Source: TPA_inf: Saccharomyces (lineage: Eukaryota). From it: 64,000 bases of DNA. Under the pieces are notes generated by a model. The model did not search any database, was not told the DNA's origin, and saw only the letters and a program-made list of their open reading frames with translations. A program made the translations under genes and the position numbers. Shown here one piece after another: positions 45,892 through 57,519 of the stretch (its first letter is position 1; the number at the start of each line of letters is the position of its first letter). The DNA lies in the NCBI GenBank assembly GCA_000146045.2, contig BK006939.2, positions 96,001-160,000 on the forward strand. The letters are read 5' to 3'.

Positions 45892-46941
45892 ATGGATATC
45901 GAGCCTACTTTCAAAGGGTACATTGAAGATGAAGATGACGCTTTGCTTATTCTTCAAGCAACTTTGGATGGCAAGTTAAAGCATATACCAAGAAGGCCTT
46001 ATGAAATAGAAAGACCTTATTTGATCGTATCAGGTAGTATATTCGTTTTTATTGAAGAGATATCGGGCATCAAGAGATGGACTGATGGCGTTTCTTGGTC
46101 TCCATCAAGAATATCAGGCAAGTTTCTAATATACAAGGAACTAGACAAGGAAAACGCCGGGTCTAATGCTAATGCTACTTCGAGTGGCAGTACTGATTCC
46201 GCCGTCATTACGGATGGAACTTCTGGCGCGAGAAATAACCCTTCTTCGTCGAAAATCAAGCTACCTCCTTTGAAGAATCACCAGTTTGATTTGCCACCTA
46301 CTATGGGCCATTCAAGTTTTGAGTCAGAGCAAGACACCTCCATTTCTCCATCAAACCGTTCGAACTTACCTTTAAAGTATACTGGCCTGGTGAAGAAGAC
46401 AATATCTGTGAAGCTGAAGAGACCTCCATTCAACTCGATTGAAAATTTACATATTGTCTCTTATTATTCTGTAAAAGATATAAAACAAAATTGTCTAGTG
46501 ACTCCTAAAGCTTCTCCTTTTTTGAAAGATGTTAGACCTTCACAGGAACTAATTGTCGCGATGGGAAATACAACCTTAGGCAACGTGAAAAACAATTCCA
46601 CTACCACCGGTAATGGTCCTAATAATATAAACAATAAAAGCAACTCTTCCACTCCCCTGAATACTGTTATTTCCACGAATAACAATAGTGCTAATATAAA
46701 TGCTGCTGGCAGTAATCAATTTACTAGTGCAAACAAAAATTATTATTATAAAAATGATGAAAGCTCTGGATACCCAATCACTCAATTTGCTCCCGCATTA
46801 CCATCAACAACTTTGATGTATACGGCGAATCCACCTTATATCACTCAATCTCCTGATAACACTAACGCTACTGGTATGAATACACATGTTAATAATAACA
46901 ATAATAATAGTAATAACAGTAGTAATAGTAATAATAGTAAC

Positions 46942-46979
<38 letters not shown>

Positions 46980-47892
46980 TAATAATAATATTAATAATAT
47001 TAATAATGTCAATACTAATGCAGGGAACGGTAACAATCCAAATAGATTCCATAACGCCTCTTTTGCTTATAACACCACCGGTGACTTTATTAATCCGCAA
47101 CAACAAGGACAAATTTCTTATCCATTTTATTATACAACAATTCCGATAAACAATCCTAACTATTATACCACACAACCTCCAAACCCTGTAACAAACGCTT
47201 CAACGAACGAGAATCAAGGCTATTCCACCTCCTCAACTCAACACCCTTATTATGGGCATCCTACTGAAAGTCAATCAGCATCAGCAGCCGCAGGCGCTAC
47301 TGGCACTCCTGGTACAGCCGAGAATGTCCTTCCCGTATCCAGTATGCAGCCACTACTCCATCAAGCCAATAATAATAGTGCAAGCTCTGCTACCTCTACA
47401 GCTCCTTATCCGGTGTATTCTATGAATGTGAATGTTCCTTATTACAATTCTTCTGCTTCTGCATACAAGAGGGCACAAGAAAATACTACTTCAAATACGA
47501 ATGCAGAACCTTCTGGTGCTACAAGCACTAACTCAGGCACCATGCTATCAAATCCTGCATACGCTAATTCTCAGTACACTCCATCGCAAGTGTATTACCA
47601 GGGATTCCCCCAATATGCCATGGCAAGTGCTCAAAATCCGTCTATGTATCAACACCAGCACCAACATCCTTTGCCCACTGTATATCCAATAGCGACGCCT
47701 CAACAAAATATAATGAGCTCTGGTCACACTTTGAGCACTATTGGATCTGATCCTCAACATCATCACTATCAACAAGAGCCCAACGACCACAAAAACTTCG
47801 CTATGGGTCACGCGAACAATAATATCTTAAACATCACCAATAATGATACGATGAACAACCTCAATACAAACACTTCAACTACTACACAATAA
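45892..47892 (+). CDS. MIT1: WOPR-family (Wor1/Pac2/Ryp1-like) transcriptional regulator with a long Asn/Ser/Thr-rich C-terminal region (666 aa)
   Basis: ATG at 45892. N-terminal WOPR box (GYIEDEDDALLILQATLDGKLKHIPRRPYEIERPYLIVSGSIFVFIEE...KRWTDGVSWSPSRI). Poly-Asn tract of about 25 residues. Position matches YEL007W. Confidence 0.88.
46897..47010 (+). repeat. AAT/AGT/AAC trinucleotide repeat encoding the poly-Asn tract of MIT1; pure (AAT)12 at 46942..46976
   Basis: Direct read of the sequence. It produces spurious poly-Ile and poly-Leu ORFs in other frames and on the opposite strand. Confidence 0.95.
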
Positions 47893-48326
47893 GTAAATAT
47901 ATTTTAAAAAAGTACTCCGATTTTCTTTTCTTCTCCTTGCCTTTTTGAGTATCGGGTTTACTCATGAAAATTATATCATTTTTCATTTTACAGTTTTATA
48001 TACTTCGCTTCTTTACGTAATCATGCCTTTAATTTCATCTTCATTTGCCTATGGAAAAAAGCTATTCCTTTTGACATCATAAAATATCTTTATTAAAGAA
48101 TCCCCTCTGTCAACATTTTCTACGAAAGATAGCTTAGTGTATTTTTTGAAGATGCTGTCGAAAATGATTCTCGACATACTCGCGCTGGTGGAAAAATGAA
48201 GTGGAAAAGATAAGCAAATTGATATATAAGCAAATAAACATATAATTTGGACGTACATCGAAATTAGTTGTTCTCAACTTATTTTCATTGTTTGATGAAA
48301 AGCGGAATATACATCACGGCTATATA

Positions 48327-49334
48327 ATGAATAATGGAGACAATAAAACGACATTAGAAAACTCAAAAAATGCGTCACTAGCTAATGGAAATTATGCGAT
48401 TCCCACAAAACTAAATAGGCTGAAAAAGAATGCTGACCCTAGAGTTGCTGCAATTTCAGGTGCTTTATCTGGTGCACTATCCGCAATGCTGGTCTGTCCT
48501 TTTGACGTTGCGAAAACAAGATTACAAGCACAAGGTCTCCAAAACATGACACACCAAAGTCAACATTATAAGGGGTTTTTTGGTACATTTGCTACTATTT
48601 TCAAGGATGAAGGTGCTGCTGGGCTTTATAAAGGTCTACAGCCGACGGTTTTAGGTTATATTCCTACTTTGATGATTTACTTTTCCGTCTATGATTTCTG
48701 TAGAAAATATTCGGTCGATATTTTCCCACATAGTCCGTTTCTCTCAAACGCTTCTTCTGCAATTACTGCAGGTGCCATCTCTACAGTTGCGACAAATCCG
48801 ATTTGGGTAGTAAAAACAAGACTTATGCTGCAAACAGGTATCGGTAAATATTCCACCCATTATAAGGGTACCATAGACACATTTAGAAAGATCATTCAAC
48901 AAGAGGGTGCTAAGGCTCTTTATGCCGGCTTAGTACCAGCCCTGCTGGGGATGCTGAACGTTGCTATACAGTTTCCTTTATATGAAAATTTAAAAATAAG
49001 GTTCGGATATTCAGAATCGACTGACGTATCGACAGATGTGACGAGCTCAAACTTTCAAAAATTAATATTGGCCTCTATGCTATCTAAAATGGTAGCATCT
49101 ACCGTGACTTATCCTCACGAAATACTTCGAACTCGAATGCAACTGAAATCCGATCTTCCAAATACTGTTCAACGCCATCTCCTTCCATTGATTAAAATTA
49201 CGTATAGGCAAGAGGGCTTCGCCGGCTTTTACTCTGGGTTTGCAACTAATTTGGTAAGGACAGTACCTGCTGCTGTGGTAACACTAGTATCGTTTGAATA
49301 TTCTAAAAAGTATTTAACTACTTTTTTTCAATAA
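48327..49334 (+). CDS. YEA6: Mitochondrial carrier family protein, NAD+ transporter-like (335 aa)
   Basis: The true ATG is at 48327 (MNNGDNKTT); the track ORF starts at a TTG 13 codons upstream. Three mitochondrial-carrier repeats with [20 protein letters not shown] and [10 protein letters not shown] signatures. Confidence 0.9.
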
Positions 49335-49906
49335 AGTGAAACAGAAAAATGTACATGACACAAGCTGAGGGTCGTAAAAAGCATCTTTCGCAATTGTTTC
49401 AACCTCATGACCCCTGTCTTGACTATGTATTCCTCTTTACGTCGGGCTACTCGCAAAATCAAGTAGTTTTAAACCTTTAGTATGTTGCAAATAAAGAGCA
49501 AAAAAAGAATTTATTCATCCCAGGAATCTCACTACATTTCGTAGGGGAAGAAATGTAGATTTGAGGTTCATTTGGCTCGTGAGAACGACTTGAACCTTAT
49601 TCATACTTTATATAATATTTTAGGAGTATTGTAGCATTATGTATATTTTTCTTGCGGGTGTGCACTGCCGAAATAGCTGCTGAATATCCAGATTAAAAAA
49701 CTAAACAAAAAACTGTTTCTTGTTCGAATAGTAAAAGAAGGTTTTCCCAAATGCTATTGTTATTTAGAAACGCTGGAAATACAGTATTTTTTGAAGAACT
49801 ATCCGTTTTACCCGAACCTATTTTAATTCAATTCTTAAGTACTAATTAAAGTCTGCTTAATACATATAGAGTATATCTTACATACCATTAACATGTAAGT
49901 TAAATT

Positions 49907-50755
49907 TTAAGTCAAAGATATTGAGTTTTTTAAAGAACATTTGGTGTATGTGAGGCCATCTGCGCTAATATTTTCAAAATTAGTTTCAATTGAAGGGCCA
50001 CTTGTTGTGTTGAATTTTGGGGGTAGTATTTTTTTGCAACTAGATATGTTATCGTCATGAGTTTGAAGTGGAGCTAAAGAATCACTCTGTAGCTCGTTCT
50101 CCCCGTAAAAACTATTTATGCTCTCTGCTGGTAATTCATCGTGTTCTAAAAGAGGAGAGGGCGAGGCATTTTCGTGAATGCTAGCTTCACTAGTAGCGAT
50201 AATACTCTTCGGGCAAGATTTATGCAGGAAATCAAAAAGAAGTGGATAATGTGCCACATTTATTGAGTCATCTTTCAATAATTGTGCCTTCTTCGGGAGG
50301 TTTGCATTCAATGCGGTCAAATTGTTAACAATATCTGAAACAATATCATTGACACATGCGAGTTCTTCATTTAACGAGCCAATTTTTTTTTCCGCATTGG
50401 CCAATAGACGATCATTTCCATTGATACAATTAGTAGAAGCCCTTTGCTTTAAGACGTTTTTGTAACTATGTTCTACCTTTTTTAACGACTTTTTAAGTTG
50501 AAGTTCAATTTGCTGCATCTGATTGCGTTCCTCGTCAATGTCCCTACTTACAACTTCATAGATGGACAGAATGTCTTTTTTTACTTGTAATAACTCATAC
50601 TTCGTGCTATTGAAGATAGCAGCCTGTGTTAATTTTTTATGGGATGCAAGGGGAGGTAAGCCCTTTAACTCTTCGTAATAGGAACTGCTTCCAACGGCAT
50701 CAAATTCTATTCTTGATTTCCATTTCAGTATACCTTTAGTTAAGTCTGCTACCAT
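49907..50755 (-). CDS. VAB2: BLOC-1 complex subunit / Vac8-binding protein (282 aa)
   Basis: ATG confirmed at 50755 (MVADLTKGILKW). Coiled-coil-rich. Position matches YEL005C. Confidence 0.78.
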   Translation of the reverse strand: MVADLTKGILKWKSRIEFDAVGSSSYYEELKGLPPLASHKKLTQAAIFNSTKYELLQVKKDILSIYEVVSRDIDEERNQMQQIELQLKKSLKKVEHSYKNVLKQRASTNCINGNDRLLANAEKKIGSLNEELACVNDIVSDIVNNLTALNANLPKKAQLLKDDSINVAHYPLLFDFLHKSCPKSIIATSEASIHENASPSPLLEHDELPAESINSFYGENELQSDSLAPLQTHDDNISSCKKILPPKFNTTSGPSIETNFENISADGLTYTKCSLKNSISLT

Positions 50756-50950
50756 GCTAGGCACTCTCTGCCTTTCTTATGGTTTGGTTACGCATACTCT
50801 TCCTTTATATATTCATTGTCATATTTTAAGGAAGCAATCGCTCCCGACGCAAAGTAAAAATATTCAGTGCTTTGCACTCCAGTTAGAAAAAATGAAGAGA
50901 ATTCAATTGAGAATAAGCAGGGAAGTAATTGGATTGGGAGAATCTAAAAA

Positions 50951-51979
50951 ATGTGGAACTCACTAAAAGCATTCGCTCTAGTGTTCGGAGGTTGTTGCTC
51001 CAATGTTATTACATTTGAAACCTTAATGAGCAACGAAACAGGCAGCATTAATAATCTCATTACTTTTTGTCAATTTTTATTTGTTACATGTCAGGGACTC
51101 CCCGAATTTCTGGATGTTCATCAACCTTTCCCTTACTTCAAGCCTCTGAAAACTCCACTTCACGTTTATGTCATTACTGTCGTTTTATTTTATATTTCAT
51201 CTACGACGAATAATAACGTATTTAAATACAACATATCCATTCCGATTCATATCGTTTTCAGATGCTTCGGAACCGTAATAACCATGTTTACATGCTGGTT
51301 ATTAAATGGTAGGAAATATACAAAGATTCAGATTTTATCAACACTATTTTTAACCATTGGAGCTATAATTGCCTCATTATTCAAAGATGCTGATTTTCGG
51401 TACCAAGATTTGAAACTGCAAGCGTGGAAAATTGGAAGTGACCAATCTGTAGATCTCACTTTTATTTTTGGCATTTGTATACTAGTACTTTCATCATTCA
51501 CATCATCTTTACTTTCAGCATACAATGAACGTACGTATCAAAAATATGGAAAGCATTGGAAGGAGAATATCTTTTACAGTCATTTTTTATCATTACCTCT
51601 CTTTCTATTTAGTCGAAAGCAGTTAATTCACGAATATCGAGTGATGAGAAAGTCTGAAAGAATATTGTGTTCAAATTTTGGAGGGAAGATTCTAGTCCCG
51701 CGAGAAGAAACTCTCCTTCTTTTCAATGTGTTAACACAATATTTTTGCGTCAAGGGTGTTAATATCCTCGCCAGTAAAACAAACGCTCTGACACTTTCCA
51801 TAACATTACTTGTAAGAAAATTTATAAGTCTTTTACTGAGCGTCCGACTTTTCGATAATAACTTGTCATATACTGGCTACATCGGGGTCTACCTAGTCTT
51901 TTTTGGTGCCTTTATATACTCGCTGGGATCAATTCACCCCAGGCAAAATGACAAGGGGGCGATAAAGAAAAGTAAATGA
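50951..51979 (+). CDS. YEA4: ER UDP-GlcNAc transporter, nucleotide-sugar transporter family (342 aa)
   Basis: ATG at 50951. Multiple transmembrane segments. Position matches YEL004W. Confidence 0.85.
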   Translation: MWNSLKAFALVFGGCCSNVITFETLMSNETGSINNLITFCQFLFVTCQGLPEFLDVHQPFPYFKPLKTPLHVYVITVVLFYISSTTNNNVFKYNISIPIHIVFRCFGTVITMFTCWLLNGRKYTKIQILSTLFLTIGAIIASLFKDADFRYQDLKLQAWKIGSDQSVDLTFIFGICILVLSSFTSSLLSAYNERTYQKYGKHWKENIFYSHFLSLPLFLFSRKQLIHEYRVMRKSERILCSNFGGKILVPREETLLLFNVLTQYFCVKGVNILASKTNALTLSITLLVRKFISLLLSVRLFDNNLSYTGYIGVYLVFFGAFIYSLGSIHPRQNDKGAIKKSK

Positions 51980-52175
51980 ACACACATTATAAACTAACCT
52001 TAAATCCTACTTGTATGTTCCTTAACTCTATATTAGTGGTGTTGACGTAAGTTTAGATAAAATCGCGAACGCTGCCGCCTGGAAGTAAATGAAAAAAAAA
52101 AAAAAAAGAATTCATCACCTAAACTCACTAATCTTTAAAACTCATTCATGAGAAGTGGAGAACTATATTACAGCT

Positions 52176-52599
52176 ATGGAACAAAGGAACAACGGTATGC
52201 AAAATTTCGATCTCTGGGTTTTAATAAATGCATGTAGCCAATTTTATCTTACTAACAATCTTTGTGTTTTCTCTGTGTATAGTCTTTCAAGCAAAATATA
52301 ATGAATACAAACAAATTTTGGAAGAATTGCAAACAAAAATCATAGAATTAGGTCATGACAAAGATGAACACACTATAGTCATAAAAACACTGAAAGACGC
52401 TGAGCCGACGAGAAAATGTTACAGGATGATAGGTGGCGCACTTGTTGAAAGTGATGTTCAAACGAGTTTGCCTATTCTTGAAACTAAGAAGGAAAACATA
52501 GAAGGTACAATAAGTAAAATGAAAGAAACCTTAATACAAACTGCAAAAGAGTTTGAAAAATGGAAAAAAGACAATAAGATTCAAGTCGTTAAAAACTAA
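52176..52599 (+). CDS. GIM4: Prefoldin subunit 2, spliced; exon 1 is 52176..52194, the intron is 52195..52282, exon 2 is 52283..52599 (111 aa)
   Basis: GTATGC 5' splice site at 52195, TACTAAC branch point at 52250..52256, and 3' splice site TATAG| at 52281..52282. The spliced protein is MEQRNNVFQAKYNEYKQILEELQ..., a prefoldin beta coiled coil. Confidence 0.88.
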
Positions 52600-52721
52600 A
52601 CCATATATAAAATCTATTGCAGTACTTAGTTTGGCAAAAAATATAAATAAACACAATCAGGTACTCTTATGTATTTATGTGAGCCATTTATAAAGAATTA
52701 TAAAGGATATGAAAACATATA

Positions 52722-54014
52722 TTAGTTTGTTTTTTTGAATGTTTCAAGTTTCTTGCCAACAGAGGAAGTCGTAACGAAAGAAACAACAAAAAATATCCAC
52801 GCAACAATGACGCCACAAATGGCGCTAATATAAACCCAAGAATTGCTGATTTCCCAACTTCTTGGGTATTCATCATTAGCAAGGTGACGGATAGCTTTAA
52901 CGTCTTTGTCAGTAGTGAACGACAGGCCAATCTTACGATAGTCAGTGAGGAATGTAAACACTCCATGGCGGTCTGGAAGGATGAATTCACCGGTGGTGTA
53001 ATACTGAGTTTCAGAATCGTTTCCGCTTGGCGACAATGTTAGACGGTAGTACGGATCCACTTGTCTTAGTTCAAATTGGATATCATCAGCGATATGTGGT
53101 AGCCATTCTTCTCCATTCCATTCCGAAAAGCCTACAGAATAAATAACTTTGTCCTTGATTTTGTAGGGCTCTTCGTCATAACTAGTACCATCCGCATGTG
53201 AATGAACCGCATGCACACTTTTGATTACAGATTTTTCATTAAATGTCCATTTTAGTAATTCTTTTGCAAACTCCTGATTAGAGTCCTGATTTTTGTTCTT
53301 TAAGAAATCACTACTGCCGATCCATACTAAACGAGCATTGTTTAAGTTCTGGAAACCAACTACAAGAAAGCCTTGAGATCCGCTGGTCCAAGAGTTGCAT
53401 TTGCCTTTGGACTCAGTAAAGGATGTTCTTGGAGCGTTTAAAATTGGGACGATTTGTTCACGATTTTCTAATAAAGCAGCTGAACTTTCCCCAAAAACAA
53501 AATCCTCGCTTTTTCTGGCGTTGTACACATATTTGTTCAGAAGATGGTTAGAAGAAACCACTAGCTCTTCTGAGGAGGGCGAAAAATAGTCACGAATAAC
53601 GTGTCCTTTTGGACTTGGATAGATACCTAATTCATTCAAAAATAAACGAATGGTATTCGGAACAGCACCTGGAGAACTCATGCATAAAATGTTACCTTCA
53701 TTTTCAAAAAATTTAATCAACTGCTTAACTGGGATTTGTCTCGCTAAATTCTTGCCTCCTTTGGTAGGAAAAACGATGATGTTATCAAACAATCTTTGCT
53801 CTTTGTCATACAAATCCACAGTAGTGGAAGTACTGTTAATATCTAAATATTCAAGTTTGTAATTCCTTTGTTCTAGATCTTTTAAATAGACTGAGTACTC
53901 CTCTAAAGGTTCCGTAGATTGGTCGTAAAGAACAAGCGTTCTTGAAGTTTGTGTGCCCACAACGAAAATGGCCTGCAGAAGGATACAAAAGAAAAAATTC
54001 CAATCGGTCCGCAT
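52722..54014 (-). CDS. WBP1: Oligosaccharyltransferase beta subunit (430 aa)
   Basis: ATG confirmed at 54014. Signal peptide, a C-terminal transmembrane segment and the KKxx ER-retrieval tail (KKTN). Confidence 0.93.
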   Translation of the reverse strand: MRTDWNFFFCILLQAIFVVGTQTSRTLVLYDQSTEPLEEYSVYLKDLEQRNYKLEYLDINSTSTTVDLYDKEQRLFDNIIVFPTKGGKNLARQIPVKQLIKFFENEGNILCMSSPGAVPNTIRLFLNELGIYPSPKGHVIRDYFSPSSEELVVSSNHLLNKYVYNARKSEDFVFGESSAALLENREQIVPILNAPRTSFTESKGKCNSWTSGSQGFLVVGFQNLNNARLVWIGSSDFLKNKNQDSNQEFAKELLKWTFNEKSVIKSVHAVHSHADGTSYDEEPYKIKDKVIYSVGFSEWNGEEWLPHIADDIQFELRQVDPYYRLTLSPSGNDSETQYYTTGEFILPDRHGVFTFLTDYRKIGLSFTTDKDVKAIRHLANDEYPRSWEISNSWVYISAICGVIVAWIFFVVSFVTTSSVGKKLETFKKTN

Positions 54015-54300
54015 CCTAAATAATCAAAAAAGGATAATTCAAAATTTGCACCGTCAATTGTGTTAAAGTATTCAACTTTATAACCAATTCAGTTGACTAT
54101 ACACCTCTTTAAAGGTTTCTCTTTTCAAGAAGCGTGTTTGATATTTTTCAGGCGTAGCTTAGGGTAATGCATTATTCAATAACCCGCCCTGAAAATATCG
54201 AAAGTAGATATTGGGATATCTTTAATTGTAGTATACTAATATGTATCTATAAAACAATGAGAGCCCCCTATCATCATCCAGAGATCTTACTCCGCCATTT

Positions 54301-54978
54301 TTATTTTTTATAGGTTTCTGGCAACCATGATTCATCAACTTTTTTGACAGTGGCACTCTTCTTGGAAGGTCTTTGATTTGTTTTAGACTTCATGTAGTAA
54401 TAACTTACACCTCCGATGATGGCTAGAAAGATGACCTGAACTGATAAAAATTGTGGGTTGAAAAAGGAAATAGGTGGGCTAACAATTTCGAATAGGGTTG
54501 GTGGTGCCGCAATTCTCACGATTTCATCGAACCTAGAAGCTAATAAAAATGGGATTAAAAAGTATTGTCCTTCCGGTAAATTTAACGTAACGTCTTGCCC
54601 GAATTTTGAAGTTCCGTTGACCTCCATTTCGTAAGGCCCAATACTCGCACCTGTAATGTCCGCCACAGGATAACCATGTGGATATGTAACAATTGTTCCG
54701 TTGACACCAAAAATTGTGATATTAGTATCTTCCCAATTAGTAACATTATAGGCTAAGGTAGCGGTATCCTCCGCGTAAAACTCAAGGAAAGAATCATGAT
54801 TTTCTGATTCCTTCCCAACGACATCATATTTCACCTCTATATTAATAGAAGGTGGCGCTACCGCCTCCGCAACTTCCTGTTCATGTTCGACATTGTCGCT
54901 ATTATTAGCTGATATGGCAGCACAGAAGCTGCTCAAGGCAGTTAATAAATTAAACCCGATTAACATAGAAAACCTCAT
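54301..54978 (-). CDS. IRC22: ER membrane protein (225 aa)
   Basis: ATG confirmed at 54978. Signal peptide, a C-terminal transmembrane segment and a di-lysine-like tail (TYKK). Position matches YEL001C. Confidence 0.8.
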   Translation of the reverse strand: MRFSMLIGFNLLTALSSFCAAISANNSDNVEHEQEVAEAVAPPSINIEVKYDVVGKESENHDSFLEFYAEDTATLAYNVTNWEDTNITIFGVNGTIVTYPHGYPVADITGASIGPYEMEVNGTSKFGQDVTLNLPEGQYFLIPFLLASRFDEIVRIAAPPTLFEIVSPPISFFNPQFLSVQVIFLAIIGGVSYYYMKSKTNQRPSKKSATVKKVDESWLPETYKK

Positions 54979-55986
54979 AATTGCCAGCTATAAAGAAGTG
55001 ACAGTGAACTTTTACTTGTTTCTTTTGTTTAACCACTAGTATGTAATTGTTTTTGCAGAATTTGAAACTTCACCAAAATCTTCTTAACGTTCAATGACAA
55101 AATTACTTACCCGAACTACCGAACTACGAAACATGAATAAATAAACTGGAGGCATAAACTCATTTCCAAATTCCCGGAATACATCGTGTAGTCAAGCAGC
55201 ATACATCACTATCAAAAATCATGCGCTTGTGATTATCGTATAGTGTATTTATATAATATATATAGATAGCGATAAATGGCAAGATCCTCTATGATAAAAG
55301 TCATCATAATGAAAACAGATGGCGCTTGTCTACTGTTTGCAAGGCTTGAAATCACAGGTTTTTATTATATCGTGGATTTTTGCCATTGCCTAAATCAAAA
55401 ATAATGATCGATTTTTTGTGAATTAGGGAACGGAAGGAAAAAATCAGCAAACAGTCAGCCCTAGCACCATAGGCCGACAGCAACAAAAACTGTTTTTTTA
55501 TTCTCAAATATTCATGATATTGATTACACCGTACTTCTTTTCAATGCGTAAACAACTAGAGTTGACAAATATTATAAACTAAAAACTATCATATTAATAA
55601 TATACCTCCTAGCACTTCGTAATGTTTCTGTCATTGAATGGCGAGAACATAATTTTAAAGAATCAACACCTTAAATTGTTAACCTTAACAAATGAAGTAA
55701 ATTCAAATATTTACTCTTGAATTCTTTTTGCTTTAACTAACACATTGAAATATCAAATTAGTCCACTTTTCTTCCTTGTTGAATGGGTTTCTTCATTAAC
55801 AGGGGAACGCTTGCCTACCATCAAGCCCATTCAATGCAGATGTGATTAATTGGTAAACAAAGGGCCAAGCAAAAATACATCTCTCCTACATGCTACATAA
55901 GTCCGAGATATGTTTTATTTAAGAACTATGAATCTGTAAATGACTGATTCAATATTAAACTAAAATTTCTATGAAACATCAAATTA

Positions 55987-56104
55987 ATCACGTGCTTTTT
56001 AAAAAATATAAATTTAATTTCATTTTCTATTTCAATATTTATTAAATAAAAAATTTGAAAAATATATAAAAATTGTAGCAGTATTAGATTTCCGAAAAGA
56101 AAAA
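55987..56104 (+). other. CEN5: Point centromere CEN5: CDEI ATCACGTG (55987..55994), an ~80-bp CDEII with over 90% A+T, and CDEIII TGTAGCAGTATTAGATTTCCGAAAAGAAAAA (~56074..56104)
   Basis: All three conserved centromere DNA elements are readable in the correct order and spacing. CDEIII has the invariant CCG in TTCCGAA. Confidence 0.93.
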
Positions 56105-57519
56105 AAGGTTTCAAGAAAAGGAAAAGAAAAACTAAACGTAGTATAAAGTCTTGTTTAGTGCAAGCCACTGTTGGCGTTTCAACTAAACTATTCCTTAAAA
56201 ATAAAGTACAATGTTACTGCTAAACAATGTTGAAGGTGAGCTTAAGACAGTAAATCAAGGAAATGCGGTATAATTCCTGCTGACAAAGCCGCACATAAAT
56301 AGCAGTTGTTAGCTATAAGGAGATTTTTAGCTACGAACATGGTTGTAATTCTCTTTATCCTGATTACCTTCAAGATTAAGAAAAAAACAACCATGGTAAC
56401 TACTTTGGCTCAAAGTCAAACAAAACTTTTACCATTTCACGGTACACGTTTCCGATAAAATATCACTAGCTATTCAATGTCTGTATTCATCGATAAGCCA
56501 GAGTACGACGTACAAAAAATAACGTAAATGCATATCCTGCATCAAGAAAGAACCCTTATGGACGAACAACGAAAGAGATCTAAATTTAGAAGACAGCAAG
56601 ACTAACCATTTGATAGCGTAGTAAGGCTTATCTAGAAATGTTGGACAGATAGGAAGAGAAAGTATAATAATGGTGTATGGTAGATGACTCTATAATCGTG
56701 GTCGGAACGTGCAATATATGAGAACGATGAATGCATATACATATGTCGCGACTCCTTTTTTTCCATTATAGCGGCATCGCTTTATTTCGCGTTTTAATTC
56801 ATTTTCTTTTTTCTTCATTTCTTTCTGCATATGCAAACGCGGCAAGAAGTGCCCACGGATCCGAAGAAAACCTAATACATTGAAGTTTCTCTCCCTGAGA
56901 TAGGAACTCTCTCTTCTGCGTCAGAAAAAAAAAAAAGTACTCTTTCTGCATATATTGCTCACTACTGACTCACTGATCCTTTTACGAATAGTTGGGCAAC
57001 ACCTATTAAGTTGTAAAACAATCGCGAAAAAAAAAAGAAAACAACCAAGGCATCCCACTTTTCGAACCCTGGCGCTCGGAAGACTTAATCATTGCGAGGT
57101 CTCAATTGGCCGGACCGCCACCATGCAGAAAAATGGTGGAAAGTGCGTGCGCGTTTCTCGTGCCACGTGCTTTTAACCTAAATAGGATACAAACTATCGG
57201 CTTATCTTTAGACACGCTCTCGCAGAACGATGAGCTACTGACATTTTGAGTTGATATTCAACCTTTTAAGGTATCTCAGAATGAGGCTCCGGCGCCACCG
57301 CAAAGTCTACCTTTTCTTCTTTAAGCCTTGAGTTTCTTCTTTTGCGAAAACGTTGCAATGTATTAGGCAAGATTATATTAAGGAGGTATTATAAAAAGGA
57401 CTCATAAGTGAAATAAATAATATTCGTAATGCTAAATGTCCTGGTCTTGCTTCGTACTCTCGAAAAACGTAATCTTGCGGTATTTAACGCTAGTTTAAGA
57501 AAGTGTTACTGTGTATTAA

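Noticed and set aside
46804-47175. Poly-Ile and poly-Leu ORFs (46804..47175 minus, 46845..47036 minus, 46886..47149 plus) overlapping MIT1
   Set aside because: They are alternative-frame and opposite-strand readings of the AAT trinucleotide repeat inside the MIT1 CDS. They are low-complexity artefacts.
49335-49906. Tried to pinpoint an ARS consensus sequence (WTTTAYRTTTW) in the YEA6-VAB2 intergenic region, where I vaguely recall an origin
   Set aside because: Several near matches exist but none is convincing by eye. I cannot support an origin call without a scan and replication data.
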